A stretch of 64,000 nt of DNA from an uncultured Candidatus Saccharibacteria bacterium (GTDB taxonomy: Bacteria > Patescibacteriota > Saccharimonadia > UBA4664 > CAYXHD01): the NCBI GenBank assembly GCA_964585425.1, contig CAZPDI010000001.1, positions 4,804 to 68,803 on the forward strand. Direction: 5' to 3'. The position numbers and the translations under genes were made by a program. Positions 20,849 through 30,630 of the stretch are shown one piece after another. Below the pieces are notes generated by a model. The model was given only the letters and a program-made list of their open reading frames with translations. It made no database searches and was not told where the DNA came from. Every line of letters begins with the position of its first letter. Position 1 is the first letter of the stretch.

Positions 20849-21817
20849 TCACAAACGAATGGTAGTTAGCTCAATGGGCTTGAGTTTTTGGGGCTTTAAA
20901 ATTCCCGCCTTAGCGCCATAGTGCTGCACCACCGACGTGGCGTTGGCGCTTGCAAAGGTTACCGCCTCGGCCAGACTACCGCCAGCTGCCAGAACCGCAA
21001 CGAATCCAGACCCAAAGGCATCGCCGGCGCCGGTTCTATCAATAACGTTAACTTTTTTATAGGCGCCAGCCTTATAAATTTTGTCGCTGTCGCTTACGTA
21101 CACGCCGCGAGGACCATCGGTAACCACTACGTAATGACAGGCGCCTATAGTGTTCAGCATCAATTCTTTCGTATCACGTATACCAAACAGTTCCTGTATC
21201 TCTTGGGCGTTACCAAGCAATACATCAATATCTGGCAATACGGCCCTAAGCTTTTTGGGCTTAGCTAGCTCCGCGCTACCCGGCGCCAAGGCAATCTTGA
21301 TGCTGCGGGTTTTGGCTTGCTTAATAAGTTGCTTTAGTACATCAAAGTTTCCGGCCAAGGAGGTGATGTACACCCAATCACCCTTAAAGCGATCCCATTT
21401 TATTTCTTTAGCCGACAGGTTGTGCGACGCCCCGCGGTAATTTAACACAACTCGTTCGCCGCTAGGAGCCACCAGTATTGTGGAGTACGACGTACCGTAC
21501 TTTTGATCCTGCATAGCCAGATCAACATTCACCCCTTCGCGCCGCAATACACGCACTATCTCGGCTCCAGCCGCATCGCTACCAATCTTGCCTAAAAAAC
21601 TCACATTAAATCCCTGGCGAGCAAAGGTTACCGCGGCATTGGTAGCACCACCCCCGGTGCTATGATACACATTATCAACCTCGACCTTAGCGCCTAGAGG
21701 GAACTGCTCAACCGTGGCTTTAGTGCGAACATCGCGCTTGGCGGTCAAAGACTTACCCGTTAAATAAACGTCCTGAACCGCCGCACCAACACAAATAATT
21801 TTAGATGCTGGCTTCAT
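20849..21817 (-). CDS. PfkB-family carbohydrate/nucleoside kinase
   Basis: GGGATN..GAGDAFGSGF ribokinase-family motifs. Confidence 0.7.
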   Translation of the reverse strand: MKPASKIICVGAAVQDVYLTGKSLTAKRDVRTKATVEQFPLGAKVEVDNVYHSTGGGATNAAVTFARQGFNVSFLGKIGSDAAGAEIVRVLRREGVNVDLAMQDQKYGTSYSTILVAPSGERVVLNYRGASHNLSAKEIKWDRFKGDWVYITSLAGNFDVLKQLIKQAKTRSIKIALAPGSAELAKPKKLRAVLPDIDVLLGNAQEIQELFGIRDTKELMLNTIGACHYVVVTDGPRGVYVSDSDKIYKAGAYKKVNVIDRTGAGDAFGSGFVAVLAAGGSLAEAVTFASANATSVVQHYGAKAGILKPQKLKPIELTTIRL

Positions 21818-22833
21818 GAGCTGCTCTTTTCGGTATTAATTAACCACCGCCCCGATGATGATACATACACCACGGTATAGGTAAAGCTGGTGGTGTACTG
21901 ATCGGTGGTATTGGTTTCGCTGTTTTTATACTTATTAAGTACATTGACCTGCACCACGTATCCGGCATCACCAGACTTAGTGTTACTTACTACGCGATAA
22001 CTGGCTGGATAGGTATATTTTCGGCTATCGGCACTGATCTGGGAAAAGTTGTACTCACTGGCAAAGGCCGGCGTCATATAACGCTTCATTTTCGTTGCAT
22101 CACCCGAGATATAGCCGTCCATAAAGCCAGTGATACTTGACTCAACAAGCTGCTTGTCTAAAACGTCTTGTTCGGCCTGCTGCTTCTTAGTCTTTATTTC
22201 GGCAGCCGCTTTAGCCTTGGCTTCATCACTTAGTTTCTTAAGTGATTCCAAATACTCATCAACGTTAAACAGTGCCTGATTTACATCTTCGGTAAGGTAG
22301 GTTAAGTCTTTTTTAGTCTTGGCGGTTTGATCAGCAGCTTCATTCGATAACTTCTGGGCCTTTGCCAGATCATCTTCGGTAATAGCGGTGATGTCATCGC
22401 TCATACCAGCTATTTGTGAGGAATATGAACCCATTTTAGTAACGAAGGCGCCGTAGGAGTCGATGGCTCGTTTATCGTTAAGGAGTAATGGGATGAGGGA
22501 CAAACTAATTTTCTGATCCTTCATCGTGCTATCGAGTTTTCGCAGACTTGTGGCCAATACGCTAGTTTTTTCGAGGCTAGCATCGCCCTTAGTTATGCCG
22601 GCAATTTCATCAGATTGCACGGTTACGTCGTGCCAACCCTCGATAGTAAATTGCTTAGTGTAGCTCATGCGACGATTACGCCAGAATAAAAGACCCCCGA
22701 TGATAAGCAGTAAAATCAATCCGCCAGCAATCCAGGCATTGCGTTTATTAATATGCCGTTTAAGACCCGGCTTGGACGCTTGAGGCTCGACGGTACTTTC
22801 GACTTCTACCGCAGGATTTTCAGATTGTTCCAT
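21814..22833 (-). CDS. Membrane-anchored hypothetical protein
   Basis: One N-terminal TM helix, then a Lys/Ser/Thr-rich extracellular domain. Confidence 0.4.
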   Translation of the reverse strand: MEQSENPAVEVESTVEPQASKPGLKRHINKRNAWIAGGLILLLIIGGLLFWRNRRMSYTKQFTIEGWHDVTVQSDEIAGITKGDASLEKTSVLATSLRKLDSTMKDQKISLSLIPLLLNDKRAIDSYGAFVTKMGSYSSQIAGMSDDITAITEDDLAKAQKLSNEAADQTAKTKKDLTYLTEDVNQALFNVDEYLESLKKLSDEAKAKAAAEIKTKKQQAEQDVLDKQLVESSITGFMDGYISGDATKMKRYMTPAFASEYNFSQISADSRKYTYPASYRVVSNTKSGDAGYVVQVNVLNKYKNSETNTTDQYTTSFTYTVVYVSSSGRWLINTEKSSS

Positions 22834-22857
22834 GGTGTTCCTTATTTGTTATGCTTA

Positions 22858-23745
22858 TCATACCTTAGCTTGGCCAGTACTGCCAAATACGTCCATATGG
22901 GACTCTACGATATGCTGTATCGAGTCCTCAACGGGACCCATGAGCTTCATAACAGCGTACTCGTCGGGATTGGCCTTTAGCTGCTCTTCCAGTGTCGCCC
23001 GGAAGGCTCGACGCATCTCGGAGTTTATATTTATTTTGGTGACACCGATCTTGGCCGCATCCCGGAAGAAATGCGGTGGCGTGCCAGAACCACCGTGCAG
23101 TGAAATGTAGCAATCAATGCTATCGCGAATGGCTTGAAGCAATTGCAAATCAAGCTTTTTTGGCACGGGGTACAGGCCATGGAGATTACCAATACTGGCT
23201 GCTAACGTATCAATACCTGTAGCACGAACAAAAGCGGCTGCCTCCTCTGGTTTTGTAAATGTCTGCTTGACCTCATCATAGTTAATGGCTTCGGTGTGCA
23301 CATTAGAGCTGCCAGCAAAATAATGCATCTCGCTCTCCACCAGCGCACCAGTCTTGGTGGCATAATTAACGACTTGTTTTGTTTCTTTAACAATCTCATC
23401 ATACGTCGCATTGTGTCGCTCTTGAGAAATATCAATATGAATAAATTCAAAGCCGGCATCCACCGCCGCCATGGACGCTTCGACACTGGGCGAATGGTCC
23501 AAGTTAAGATACATTTCTATCTTGTATTCCTGCTTGTAGTTATCGACCATGTCACAAATATTTTGCAAGCCTATGGCCTGTACTTCGCCATGACTGACCT
23601 CAACTAAACAAGGAGCATTTTTGGCTTTGGCAGCTCGAGCAATCGCGACCAAAGTTTCTTGATTATCAATGTTAAACGCACCAAGAGCGTAATGATTAGC
23701 GCGTGCCCGTTTAAATGCCGCTCGAGCCTTATGTTGATTGGTCAT
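22858..23745 (-). CDS. Class II fructose/tagatose-bisphosphate aldolase
   Basis: AFNIDN..LVEVSHGE, a Zn-dependent class II aldolase family signature. Confidence 0.8.
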   Translation of the reverse strand: MTNQHKARAAFKRARANHYALGAFNIDNQETLVAIARAAKAKNAPCLVEVSHGEVQAIGLQNICDMVDNYKQEYKIEMYLNLDHSPSVEASMAAVDAGFEFIHIDISQERHNATYDEIVKETKQVVNYATKTGALVESEMHYFAGSSNVHTEAINYDEVKQTFTKPEEAAAFVRATGIDTLAASIGNLHGLYPVPKKLDLQLLQAIRDSIDCYISLHGGSGTPPHFFRDAAKIGVTKININSEMRRAFRATLEEQLKANPDEYAVMKLMGPVEDSIQHIVESHMDVFGSTGQAKV

Positions 23746-24725
23746 GAATTCTTCCTCTTGATTACTTCTTTGGCTGCCTGGGCAATATCAGCACTAGTTA
23801 ACTTATAATGTTTAAGGAGTTCTGTCGGTGCACCCGATTGTCCGAATTCGTCCTGCACACCAATACGGGTCAGTGGTGTTGGACGCTGCTCACCTAACAC
23901 CTCGGCCACGGCCCCGCCCAAACCCCCAGTTATCTGCGCTTCTTCGGCCGTAACCACCGCACCTGTTTTTCGAGCACTAGCAATAACCGTATGGCCATCT
24001 AACGGTTTGATGACGGCTGCATTTATTACCTCGGCTTCAATACCATCTTTGCTTAACTTGTCTGCTGCAACTAGTGCCTGATACACCATGGTTCCAGTAG
24101 CCACGATGGTCACATCTGTTCCTTGGCGATATACTTCGGCCTTACCAAACGTAAAAGGCGTGTCGGCAGTAGTTACGATAGGTGTAGCTTCGCGTGCCAA
24201 GCGGAGATAGGCCGGCTTAGCTGATTTGGCCAGTAGTTCTGTAGCCTTTTGAGCCTGAACCGAATCACAAGGAATAATCACCTGCATATTTGGTAAGGAT
24301 CGCATCAGCGCGATATCCTCGAGCATTTGATGCGTAGCGCCATCCGGACCAACACTAACACCAGCGTGAGAACCGACGATCTTAACGTTTACGTCATTCA
24401 ATGCAACGGTGGTACGAATCTGCTCCCAATTACGCCCCGGGCTAAAAGCAGCATAACTTGAAGTAAAGGGAATTTTACCCATAGCTGCCATACCGGCCGC
24501 CACGGTGACTAAGTTCTGCTCGGCAACTCCGACCTCAATAAAACGCTCAGGAAATTCTTTCGCGAAAGCATCCATTTTGGTACTTTCCGTTAAGTCTGCG
24601 CATAAGGCTACAACCTGCTTATTGTGCCTGGCGGCTTCGACTAAACCACGACCGAAACCCGCACGAATCGGTTCATACTTGAGTTCTGGCTGGAACAATT
24701 GAGGATTGAGATACATAGTACTCAT
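23742..24725 (-). CDS. Transketolase, C-terminal (pyrimidine-binding) subunit
   Basis: Split transketolase. Pyr-binding and C-terminal domains. ATGA overlap with the N-terminal subunit. Confidence 0.85.
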   Translation of the reverse strand: MSTMYLNPQLFQPELKYEPIRAGFGRGLVEAARHNKQVVALCADLTESTKMDAFAKEFPERFIEVGVAEQNLVTVAAGMAAMGKIPFTSSYAAFSPGRNWEQIRTTVALNDVNVKIVGSHAGVSVGPDGATHQMLEDIALMRSLPNMQVIIPCDSVQAQKATELLAKSAKPAYLRLAREATPIVTTADTPFTFGKAEVYRQGTDVTIVATGTMVYQALVAADKLSKDGIEAEVINAAVIKPLDGHTVIASARKTGAVVTAEEAQITGGLGGAVAEVLGEQRPTPLTRIGVQDEFGQSGAPTELLKHYKLTSADIAQAAKEVIKRKNS

Positions 24726-25567
24726 TACTGGTGCTCCGATCTGATTTTACCGCCCAGGGTGCGCAGTTCATGAAGGGCTTTTTTGGCTTCATCAGCTACT
24801 GGCGGCTTACCATGCCAATGGAAATCATTTTCCATAAAGTCCACGCCTTTGCCCGGTACGGTATGTGCGATGATGACAGTCGGTCGAAGCGAGATACGCG
24901 CTGCAGTACAAGCATCGATGACAGATTGAACGTCATTGCCATCAATCTCTTGCACCGCCCAACCATTGGCCTTCCATTTATCAGCTAAGTTTTCGAGTGG
25001 CATGACTTGCTCGGTCGGGCCATCAATTTGGATATTATTACGATCGATTATGACCGTTACATTTTTAAGCTGGTATTTGCCGACGAACATAGCGGCTTCC
25101 CATACGTTGCCTTCGTCAAGCTCACCGTCGCCCATAATACAAAATACATGCCGCTTCGTGTTACAGTCGATGCGCAAGGCGGTTGCCATGCCGGCCGCCT
25201 GACTGAGGCCAGAACCCAGCGGGCCGCTGGTCGTCTCCAGGCCTGGCAGCTTCGTACGTTCCGGATGACCTTGCAAGCGACTGCCAAATTTACGCAATGT
25301 TTTTAACTCTTTTCGATCAAAATAGCCCGCTCGAGCCATAGCCGCATAACGCACTGGAGCCGTATGGCCATTACTTGTAATCAATAAATCGCGCTCTTCC
25401 CAGTCTGGCTTTTTTGGGTCATGATGGAGTACCTTAAAGTACAATGCAGCATAGATATCGGCCAATCCCAATGGTCCAGCGGAGTGGCCACTGCCAGCCT
25501 CGAGCAGCATAGTAATAATATCTTCCCGGATCCCATTGGCAGCTAGTTCGAGTTCCTGAATGCTCAT
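24725..25567 (-). CDS. Transketolase, N-terminal (TPP-binding) subunit
   Basis: GHSAGPLG..GDGELDEGNVWEA TPP-binding motifs. Confidence 0.85.
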   Translation of the reverse strand: MSIQELELAANGIREDIITMLLEAGSGHSAGPLGLADIYAALYFKVLHHDPKKPDWEERDLLITSNGHTAPVRYAAMARAGYFDRKELKTLRKFGSRLQGHPERTKLPGLETTSGPLGSGLSQAAGMATALRIDCNTKRHVFCIMGDGELDEGNVWEAAMFVGKYQLKNVTVIIDRNNIQIDGPTEQVMPLENLADKWKANGWAVQEIDGNDVQSVIDACTAARISLRPTVIIAHTVPGKGVDFMENDFHWHGKPPVADEAKKALHELRTLGGKIRSEHQ

Positions 25568-26139
25568 TCGCCCACCATCGATAAATACGCCGATCCAACG
25601 TACAGGACATCGGCATTCAACTCACCGACATTTTCGGGTGCTACGCCGCCATCGATCGAAACTTCGAGATCCGGATTAATAGCCCGAGCAGCCTCAATCT
25701 TAGGTAACTGAGCTTTATCCATCACCCCGCCGTAATGACCGAGTTTGCCAGTAAAGATCAGGGCGTGATCAGCTTGCTGTAATAAATTATCAGGCTGGCT
25801 TTCGGGCAAATAGGCCACGCCGGCATCAACGCCAAAAGACTGAATTTCCTCAATACATTTTGCGTGATCACCATCGGCTTCGGCATGAACAATCACGAGA
25901 TTAGGTTTTAAAGCTAATGCAGATTCGAGATGACTCAAAGGATCTTTAACCATTAAATGAAGATCTAACGCTACATCCTCGGGGACGTAGACTTGTGCAA
26001 GATTGATAGTTTTGGTCGGCGCAAAAACTCCATCACAGATGTCAACATGAATGCGTTTTGTATGAGGGATGAGCTTTTCCAGCCGATCATGGTACTCGCC
26101 CGGAGTCGTAGCCAGAATAGTTGGTACGATCTCAGCCAT
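25564..26139 (-). CDS. Ribulose-phosphate 3-epimerase-like protein
   Basis: PTILA..HVDICDG resembles Rpe PSILSADF..HxDVMDG. Shorter than canonical Rpe. Confidence 0.5.
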   Translation of the reverse strand: MAEIVPTILATTPGEYHDRLEKLIPHTKRIHVDICDGVFAPTKTINLAQVYVPEDVALDLHLMVKDPLSHLESALALKPNLVIVHAEADGDHAKCIEEIQSFGVDAGVAYLPESQPDNLLQQADHALIFTGKLGHYGGVMDKAQLPKIEAARAINPDLEVSIDGGVAPENVGELNADVLYVGSAYLSMVGE

Positions 26140-26626
26140 ATATGTCCTCGATCTCCTTGAGTCGTCGTTCGTATTTTGGATTGGTGCTGAATTCTTCTTC
26201 TAGCCACGCTTCGGCCACATCAAAGGCTTCTTGCCGCGTTAAAAAACGGGCCGGGATACACAGCACATTGCTATTGTTGTCCTGGCGAGTCTCGCGAGCT
26301 ACGGCAACATTCCAACATACTGCGGCGCGAATACCACGAACCCGATTTGCAGCTATGGCCATACCCTCGCCTGATCCACAGAGCAAGATGGCCCGTGCAT
26401 CATCGTCATCGCCAATTACTTGAGTAGCTGCGGCAAAAGCATATTGGGGGTAATCGTCTTGATCATCAAAGGTATCGGCGCCCAAATCTTTTACCTGGTA
26501 TCCGTTATGATGCAGGTGTTCGAGCAAAGCGTTCTTGTACTCAAAACCACCGTGATCGGCTGCTAAATAAATTGTTGATACTCCCATATACCCCCTACGA
26601 TTTAAGACTTTGACCAGCCAGCGCAA
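26132..26626 (-). CDS. rpiB: Ribose-5-phosphate isomerase B
   Basis: LAADHGGF..LCGSGEGMAIAANRV RpiB/LacAB signature. Confidence 0.85.
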   Translation of the reverse strand: MRWLVKVLNRRGYMGVSTIYLAADHGGFEYKNALLEHLHHNGYQVKDLGADTFDDQDDYPQYAFAAATQVIGDDDDARAILLCGSGEGMAIAANRVRGIRAAVCWNVAVARETRQDNNSNVLCIPARFLTRQEAFDVAEAWLEEEFSTNPKYERRLKEIEDIYG

Positions 26627-27611
26627 CCATCTCGACTAAGCGGTTAGAATATCCCCATTCATTGTCGTACCAAGCCACAACCTTTACGAGATTTCCACCG
26701 ACCACTTTGGTAAGTCCAAGGTCGACAATCGAAGAATGACTGTCACCAATAAGATCACTGGAGACCAATGGCTCGTTAGTCACGGCCAGGATGCCTTTAT
26801 AGCGATGTTCTTTGCTGGCAGCAATCAAGATTTCATTAACTTGCTCAACAGTAGTGTTCTTTTTTGACACCAAAGTAATGTCGCTCAAGCTCACTACTGG
26901 GGTTGGCACGCGAATACTTAACCCGTCAAATAAATCTTGGAGCTCGGGCACGGTCAGCGCGGCAGCCTTAGCGGCACCCGTAGTGGTTGGTACGATGTTT
27001 TCGGCAGCATTGCGACCCTCGCGCAGATCTTTGCTTGGACCGTCCTGCAGCGACTGGCTGGCAGTATAACTATGTACGGTGGTCATCATGGATTTTTCAA
27101 TACCGAGTTTCTCGCTTAATACCGCCATAACTGGCGCGATACAGTTAGTGGTACACGAGGCATTCGAAATGATTGCCTGATCATGACCAAGCTTGTCTTC
27201 GTTGGCGCCAAACACGAAGGTATCGTGGCTATGCTCGGTCTTTTCGGGCGCGCTCAATACCACCTTTTTAGCACCAGCATCAAGATGTAACTGCAAGTCC
27301 TCAGGCGTAGTAAAGCGACCGGAGCTCTCGATGACGACATCGATGCCAAGATCGGCCCACGGTAACTTGTTCGGCTCCTTCTCAGCTAAGACCTTAACGG
27401 GATGCTTATCGACGATCAGATGATCCTCGTCAAAGCTGACGTCATGACCATACGTTCCATAGTTTGAATCGTGCTTAAGTAGGTAAGCAAGAGTTTTAGT
27501 TTCACCTAAGTCGTTGATGGCAATAACTTGCATATCATCACGCGCGGCGGCGATTTTAAAGGCGTTGCGCCCAATGCGACCAAACCCATTTATAGCAATT
27601 TTTAGTTTCAT
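26595..27611 (-). CDS. gap: Glyceraldehyde-3-phosphate dehydrogenase
   Basis: INGFGRIGR N-terminus and SNASCTTNCIAP active-site motif. Confidence 0.9.
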   Translation of the reverse strand: MKLKIAINGFGRIGRNAFKIAAARDDMQVIAINDLGETKTLAYLLKHDSNYGTYGHDVSFDEDHLIVDKHPVKVLAEKEPNKLPWADLGIDVVIESSGRFTTPEDLQLHLDAGAKKVVLSAPEKTEHSHDTFVFGANEDKLGHDQAIISNASCTTNCIAPVMAVLSEKLGIEKSMMTTVHSYTASQSLQDGPSKDLREGRNAAENIVPTTTGAAKAAALTVPELQDLFDGLSIRVPTPVVSLSDITLVSKKNTTVEQVNEILIAASKEHRYKGILAVTNEPLVSSDLIGDSHSSIVDLGLTKVVGGNLVKVVAWYDNEWGYSNRLVEMVALAGQSLKS

Positions 27612-27704
27612 AGAAGCGTCTTTCTTATGCTTCTATTGTACCCCGCTTATGGTTATTTTCTCAAGAGATACCAAAGCATGTTATACGGATTCGAGATGCG
27701 GTAT

Positions 27705-28223
27705 TTATCTAAGATTATCTACTGATTGAGACTGAACCCATATCGGTCCACCAGGGTACTTGTTGAATATATTCCCGTACACTAAATAACTAGCCTTAGT
27801 TGCGGTGAATTCTGCACTGCAATGTAGCTCAGTAGAAGTTCCGTATGTTTTAGTCGAAACGGCCCTCTTGCCAACATACTTGTAATTTAAATCGTACATT
27901 CGCATACTCAATTCTACCGTGGCCCGTCTGCCGCCCGACGCATAAGCACGCACACAGTATCTATATGTGCCACCCTTAGCTATTTTGACAAGCTTTGGCT
28001 CAAAGTCACTACTCTGCACTTCCTTACCCTCTGATATAGACATTTGCCGCTGCGTGCGCCAAAGGGAAACCCATGAGCTAGCGCTACTAAAGCGCACCAC
28101 CAGGGCACCAATGATTGCGACAGCCGCAATGCCGCCAACAATAAGCCATTTATTAACTTTCTTTTTTTGACCGGCTTTAAGTTTTGACTTAGTTACTGGT
28201 TTCTTTGTTGCCTTCGCAGCCAT
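27705..28223 (-). CDS. Membrane-anchored hypothetical protein
   Basis: Lys-rich N-terminus, one TM helix, then an extracytoplasmic domain. Confidence 0.35.
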   Translation of the reverse strand: MAAKATKKPVTKSKLKAGQKKKVNKWLIVGGIAAVAIIGALVVRFSSASSWVSLWRTQRQMSISEGKEVQSSDFEPKLVKIAKGGTYRYCVRAYASGGRRATVELSMRMYDLNYKYVGKRAVSTKTYGTSTELHCSAEFTATKASYLVYGNIFNKYPGGPIWVQSQSVDNLR

Positions 28224-28315
28224 AAGTGTTCCTTTGTTTTTATTTGATAAACCTTATGGTTACTTTATAGCGCGTTAACAGCACAGCGTCAAGTTTTTTA
28301 TTATCATTACGAAAG

Positions 28316-28915
28316 CTATTTGCGGACTAAATACTCAGGAATAACATCGGCTGCAAACTCTGGCAGTAAGTTTTTTCCGTAAAATAATCGACTAAAAGCT
28401 TCGGCCTCCCACTTGGCGCCGGTCAGAGCGTTGTGTGGATCAACTTCGTTGGGCAAACCTACATATTGGCAAATATAATGAGAATTAACCGCGCTCATAT
28501 TATTGTTTACCGGAATTCCTATGCCGCGTGCCATCATGTGTGCATAGACCACGCTATGCAGATCCAAGATGCGGTGACCAAGGTCCCAATCGATCTGGTT
28601 GCGACTAAAGGCGGCGTTAAGCATGGCCCAGTCGTTCCAAACGTTCTGACCAGCTAGCGTACGATCTTTGGCTTGATTGGCCCATTCTATAAATTGTTTA
28701 GCAAGCTCACCGAGTGTCGGTTTATTGGAATCTTTGATTTCTTCTTGGCTGAAGCCGTTGATCTGCATCGCGATCGGATCGGTGGTGGCCCAATCGGGCA
28801 ACTGACATTCACCATAAAACTCACGACTCGGATCATTCATATCTATTGCACCCAAGCTCAAAATGGCGTGCTTATTTGGATCTAAACCGCTAAATTCTCC
28901 ATCAACAACTATCAT
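28316..28915 (-). CDS. DEDD-family 3'-5' exonuclease (DnaQ/RNase T-like)
   Basis: VVDGEFSGLDP (Exo I) and later H/D motifs. Confidence 0.5.
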   Translation of the reverse strand: MIVVDGEFSGLDPNKHAILSLGAIDMNDPSREFYGECQLPDWATTDPIAMQINGFSQEEIKDSNKPTLGELAKQFIEWANQAKDRTLAGQNVWNDWAMLNAAFSRNQIDWDLGHRILDLHSVVYAHMMARGIGIPVNNNMSAVNSHYICQYVGLPNEVDPHNALTGAKWEAEAFSRLFYGKNLLPEFAADVIPEYLVRK

Positions 28916-29496
28916 ACTTCTAGTTCCTTTCCTCTGAACTCGGGCAGCTGCATAAGTTCTTCGATCGAGTTTGCATTTTTAAATATGTCTGAATAATAAC
29001 GTAAACGCTGCTTAGCTCCAAGTGATTTGAACTCATCAAGGGTCATATATTCTACAACTATCTTCTCACCATTATCCATATTTTGATCAATTTGCTCATC
29101 AAAATCAGTTGCGACAAACGTATATACAAGCCAATCCACCTTATGAACCGGCGCCGATACGGTAACAAGTTTCCAGCTCTTAAATCGTAAGCCAGTCTCT
29201 TCGGCGAGCTCACGTTGCGCGGCCTGAAGTTCAGTTTCGGCCTCAACGTCGTGACGACCCGCCGGAATATCATAGAACTCTTTTGTGCCGGGCTGCTGCT
29301 CATGCACTACTACCAACTTATCGTCCTTAATAGCTATTACTTCAACGGTGTCAGGGCGCTTAAGCATCTCAAAGGTTTCGACGCTGCCATCAAACATGGT
29401 TTGTTGCCAGTGATATACATCAAAAATAACTCCATCAAAAACTTTCTGCGCCTTGTCCGGCAGGAGCTGTGCGTTCTCAGGAACAACCGTTCGCAT
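28912..29496 (-). CDS. NUDIX hydrolase
   Basis: Nudix box GRHDVEAETELQAAQRELAEETGL. Confidence 0.7.
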   Translation of the reverse strand: MRTVVPENAQLLPDKAQKVFDGVIFDVYHWQQTMFDGSVETFEMLKRPDTVEVIAIKDDKLVVVHEQQPGTKEFYDIPAGRHDVEAETELQAAQRELAEETGLRFKSWKLVTVSAPVHKVDWLVYTFVATDFDEQIDQNMDNGEKIVVEYMTLDEFKSLGAKQRLRYYSDIFKNANSIEELMQLPEFRGKELEV

Positions 29497-29500
29497 AGGT

Positions 29501-30028
29501 CTACTGTGCGGCTTCGATTGATTTCTTAATTACTTCGCGAGCTTCGGCGGCGTTGCCCCAGCCGTTAAAGCTAACTGGCGTACCTGCCCAATCCTTCTTC
29601 CAATCCTTGTAGTGAGTATAGAAATGCTCCACAACTTTTTTAAATTCTGGGCCAAGATCTTCTACTTCTTGTATGTGGCTCTTGCTAACATCATCTGCGG
29701 CTACACAAATGAGTTTTTCGTCACCTTCGCCATCATCAATCATATTAAGCACGCCAATGGCGCGAGCCGGAACAACGATACCGGCTGGAACAGATTCGTC
29801 AATTATCACTAAGGCGTCGAGTGGATCGCCGTCATCACAAAGCGTTTCTGGCACATACCCATAATCGGCCGGATAGCCAAGAACTGTTCCGTTTACACGA
29901 TCAAGCGTGATCATGCCCGTTTCTTTATCCATTTCGTATTTGTTGCGACTACCTTTTTGAATTTCGATAATAACGTTGATTTCGTCTGGGGCGTTTTTGC
30001 CCGGACCAATGTGGGTGTGATGACTCAT
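29501..30028 (-). CDS. ppa: Inorganic pyrophosphatase
   Basis: Family I PPase motifs (DGDPLDALV, EIQKGSRNKYE). Confidence 0.9.
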   Translation of the reverse strand: MSHHTHIGPGKNAPDEINVIIEIQKGSRNKYEMDKETGMITLDRVNGTVLGYPADYGYVPETLCDDGDPLDALVIIDESVPAGIVVPARAIGVLNMIDDGEGDEKLICVAADDVSKSHIQEVEDLGPEFKKVVEHFYTHYKDWKKDWAGTPVSFNGWGNAAEAREVIKKSIEAAQ

Positions 30029-30088
30029 ATAAGCTTCCTTTTATCTGGTTAGATTATAGCAAAGCCGGCACATTTGCACCACAATTAC

Positions 30089-30117
30089 TTGATTAAATAT
30101 TACTTTTATAGTAGAGT
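30089..30117 (+). promoter_or_regulatory. Predicted sigma70 promoter for the 30.2-kb cassette
   Basis: TTGATT, 17-nt spacer, TAGAGT. Confidence 0.4.
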
Positions 30118-30135
30118 TTGCTTATTCTTTTACAA

Positions 30136-30150
30136 TCTAGCTAATCAGCC
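30136..30150. repeat. Left inverted repeat TCTAGCTAATCAGCC
   Basis: 14 of 15 positions match the reverse complement of 30607-30621. Confidence 0.55.
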
Positions 30151-30181
30151 CACCACAACCAAACAAACAAAGGAGCGAGCG

Positions 30182-30556
30182 ATGATCACATGTGAAGTGC
30201 AGGACCAGGCTGGCGGGAAGTCCACGAGCGTCATCACCCTCGGTGATGCCCTGGCTGCCGTTGCCTACCTGATCGGCATCAGCGGGAACTCCCAGCTTGA
30301 GTACCACGAGCTGATCGAGGGCCAGTCGTTGACCATCATCTCGGAAGGACATGCCCTCGTTGGGCAGATCGAGATGCCGGACTTCGAGGAGGAGGAGCCC
30401 TACTTCGGCCTGATGTACACCTTCTCCAGCAACGGCGATCGCGACTTCGAGCTGTTCAGCCTGCTGGTTCTGCCGGCAATGTTGCTGAACCTGCAGCAAT
30501 GCGAACCGCAGGTGATCATCGAGCTCGAGCGGATGCGCCAACCGGTGACCGCCTGA
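30182..30556 (+). CDS. High-GC hypothetical acidic protein (124 aa)
   Basis: AAGGAG RBS 7 nt upstream. GC3 high. No family recognised. Confidence 0.5.
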   Translation: MITCEVQDQAGGKSTSVITLGDALAAVAYLIGISGNSQLEYHELIEGQSLTIISEGHALVGQIEMPDFEEEEPYFGLMYTFSSNGDRDFELFSLLVLPAMLLNLQQCEPQVIIELERMRQPVTA

Positions 30557-30575
30557 GGTTGCGGTGAGTAGGCCA

Positions 30576-30593
30576 GGTTCCCTCCGGGGAATC
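30576..30593 (+). terminator. Hairpin GGTTCCC-TCCG-GGGAATC
   Basis: Same hairpin type as the GGTCCC..GGGATC family. No immediate T-run. Confidence 0.35.
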
Positions 30594-30606
30594 TGTGCCG
30601 ACCACC

Positions 30607-30621
30607 GGCTGATTGGCTAGA
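30607..30621. repeat. Right inverted repeat GGCTGATTGGCTAGA
   Basis: Reverse complement of the left repeat at 30136-30150. Confidence 0.55.
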
Positions 30622-30630
30622 TAAAAAGAT

